This document shows, piece after piece, positions 63,812 through 64,000 of a stretch of DNA of 64,000 nt. The position numbers and the translations under genes were made by a program. The stretch is from Zygnema circumcarinatum SAG 698-1b (Eukaryota; Plantae; Zygnematophyceae). Position 1 is the first letter of the stretch. Each line of letters opens with the position of its first letter. Below the pieces are notes generated by a model. It was not told the DNA's origin. It did not search any database and saw nothing but the letters and a program-made list of their open reading frames with translations. The stretch is from positions 3,257,361 to 3,321,360 of the forward strand of contig CM074805.1 of NCBI GenBank assembly GCA_037447605.1, written 5' to 3'.

Positions 63812-64000
63812 GTACTAGTATTTCCATTTTTTTCTATCGAGTATCTGTTTTGCTTCTATCTGTACCTTACCAGTAAAAGCGCTCAGAGAATTTGCTCTTT
63901 CTTTGTAACTAATATCTCTCAATTTTTTTTTTGCTTCTAATGCAACGCTTTTAATCCTTTTTTCTTGTGCAGTCATGAAAATGAACATTTTTTTTTTCCC

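Overview
Gene-dense, intron-rich eukaryotic nuclear DNA from a green plant. The plant-specific domains (B3, AP2, telobox Myb, AHK1-type kinase, SPARK), short GT-AG introns and GC islands at gene starts suggest a streptophyte, probably a charophyte alga (inference). I traced splice phases by hand and support 11 protein-coding units: (1) the 3' end of a TOM2A/tetraspanin-like gene; (2) a TRF-like telobox Myb protein; (3) an AHK1-like hybrid histidine kinase; (4) VPS20; (5) a G-protein gamma subunit; (6) a ~2,400-aa AT-hook + zf-C3Hc3H protein (gene A); (7) a ~1,500-aa 3xB3 + zf-C3Hc3H + AP2 protein (gene B); (8) mitoribosomal mL40; (9) a 52-aa two-TM ORF just upstream of mL40; (10) branched-chain keto-acid dehydrogenase E2; (11) a SPARK-ectodomain gene running off the window. 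There is one clear hAT MITE with an 8-bp TSD, and tandem-repeat arrays sit directly upstream of most promoters. The best novelty candidate is the tandem pair of genes A and B. They share a KANSL2/INO80D-type zinc finger, a downstream helix and an identically placed intron, but carry different DNA-binding modules. No tRNA, rRNA, CRISPR array or autonomous transposon was found. All family assignments come from remembered motifs; no database search was run.
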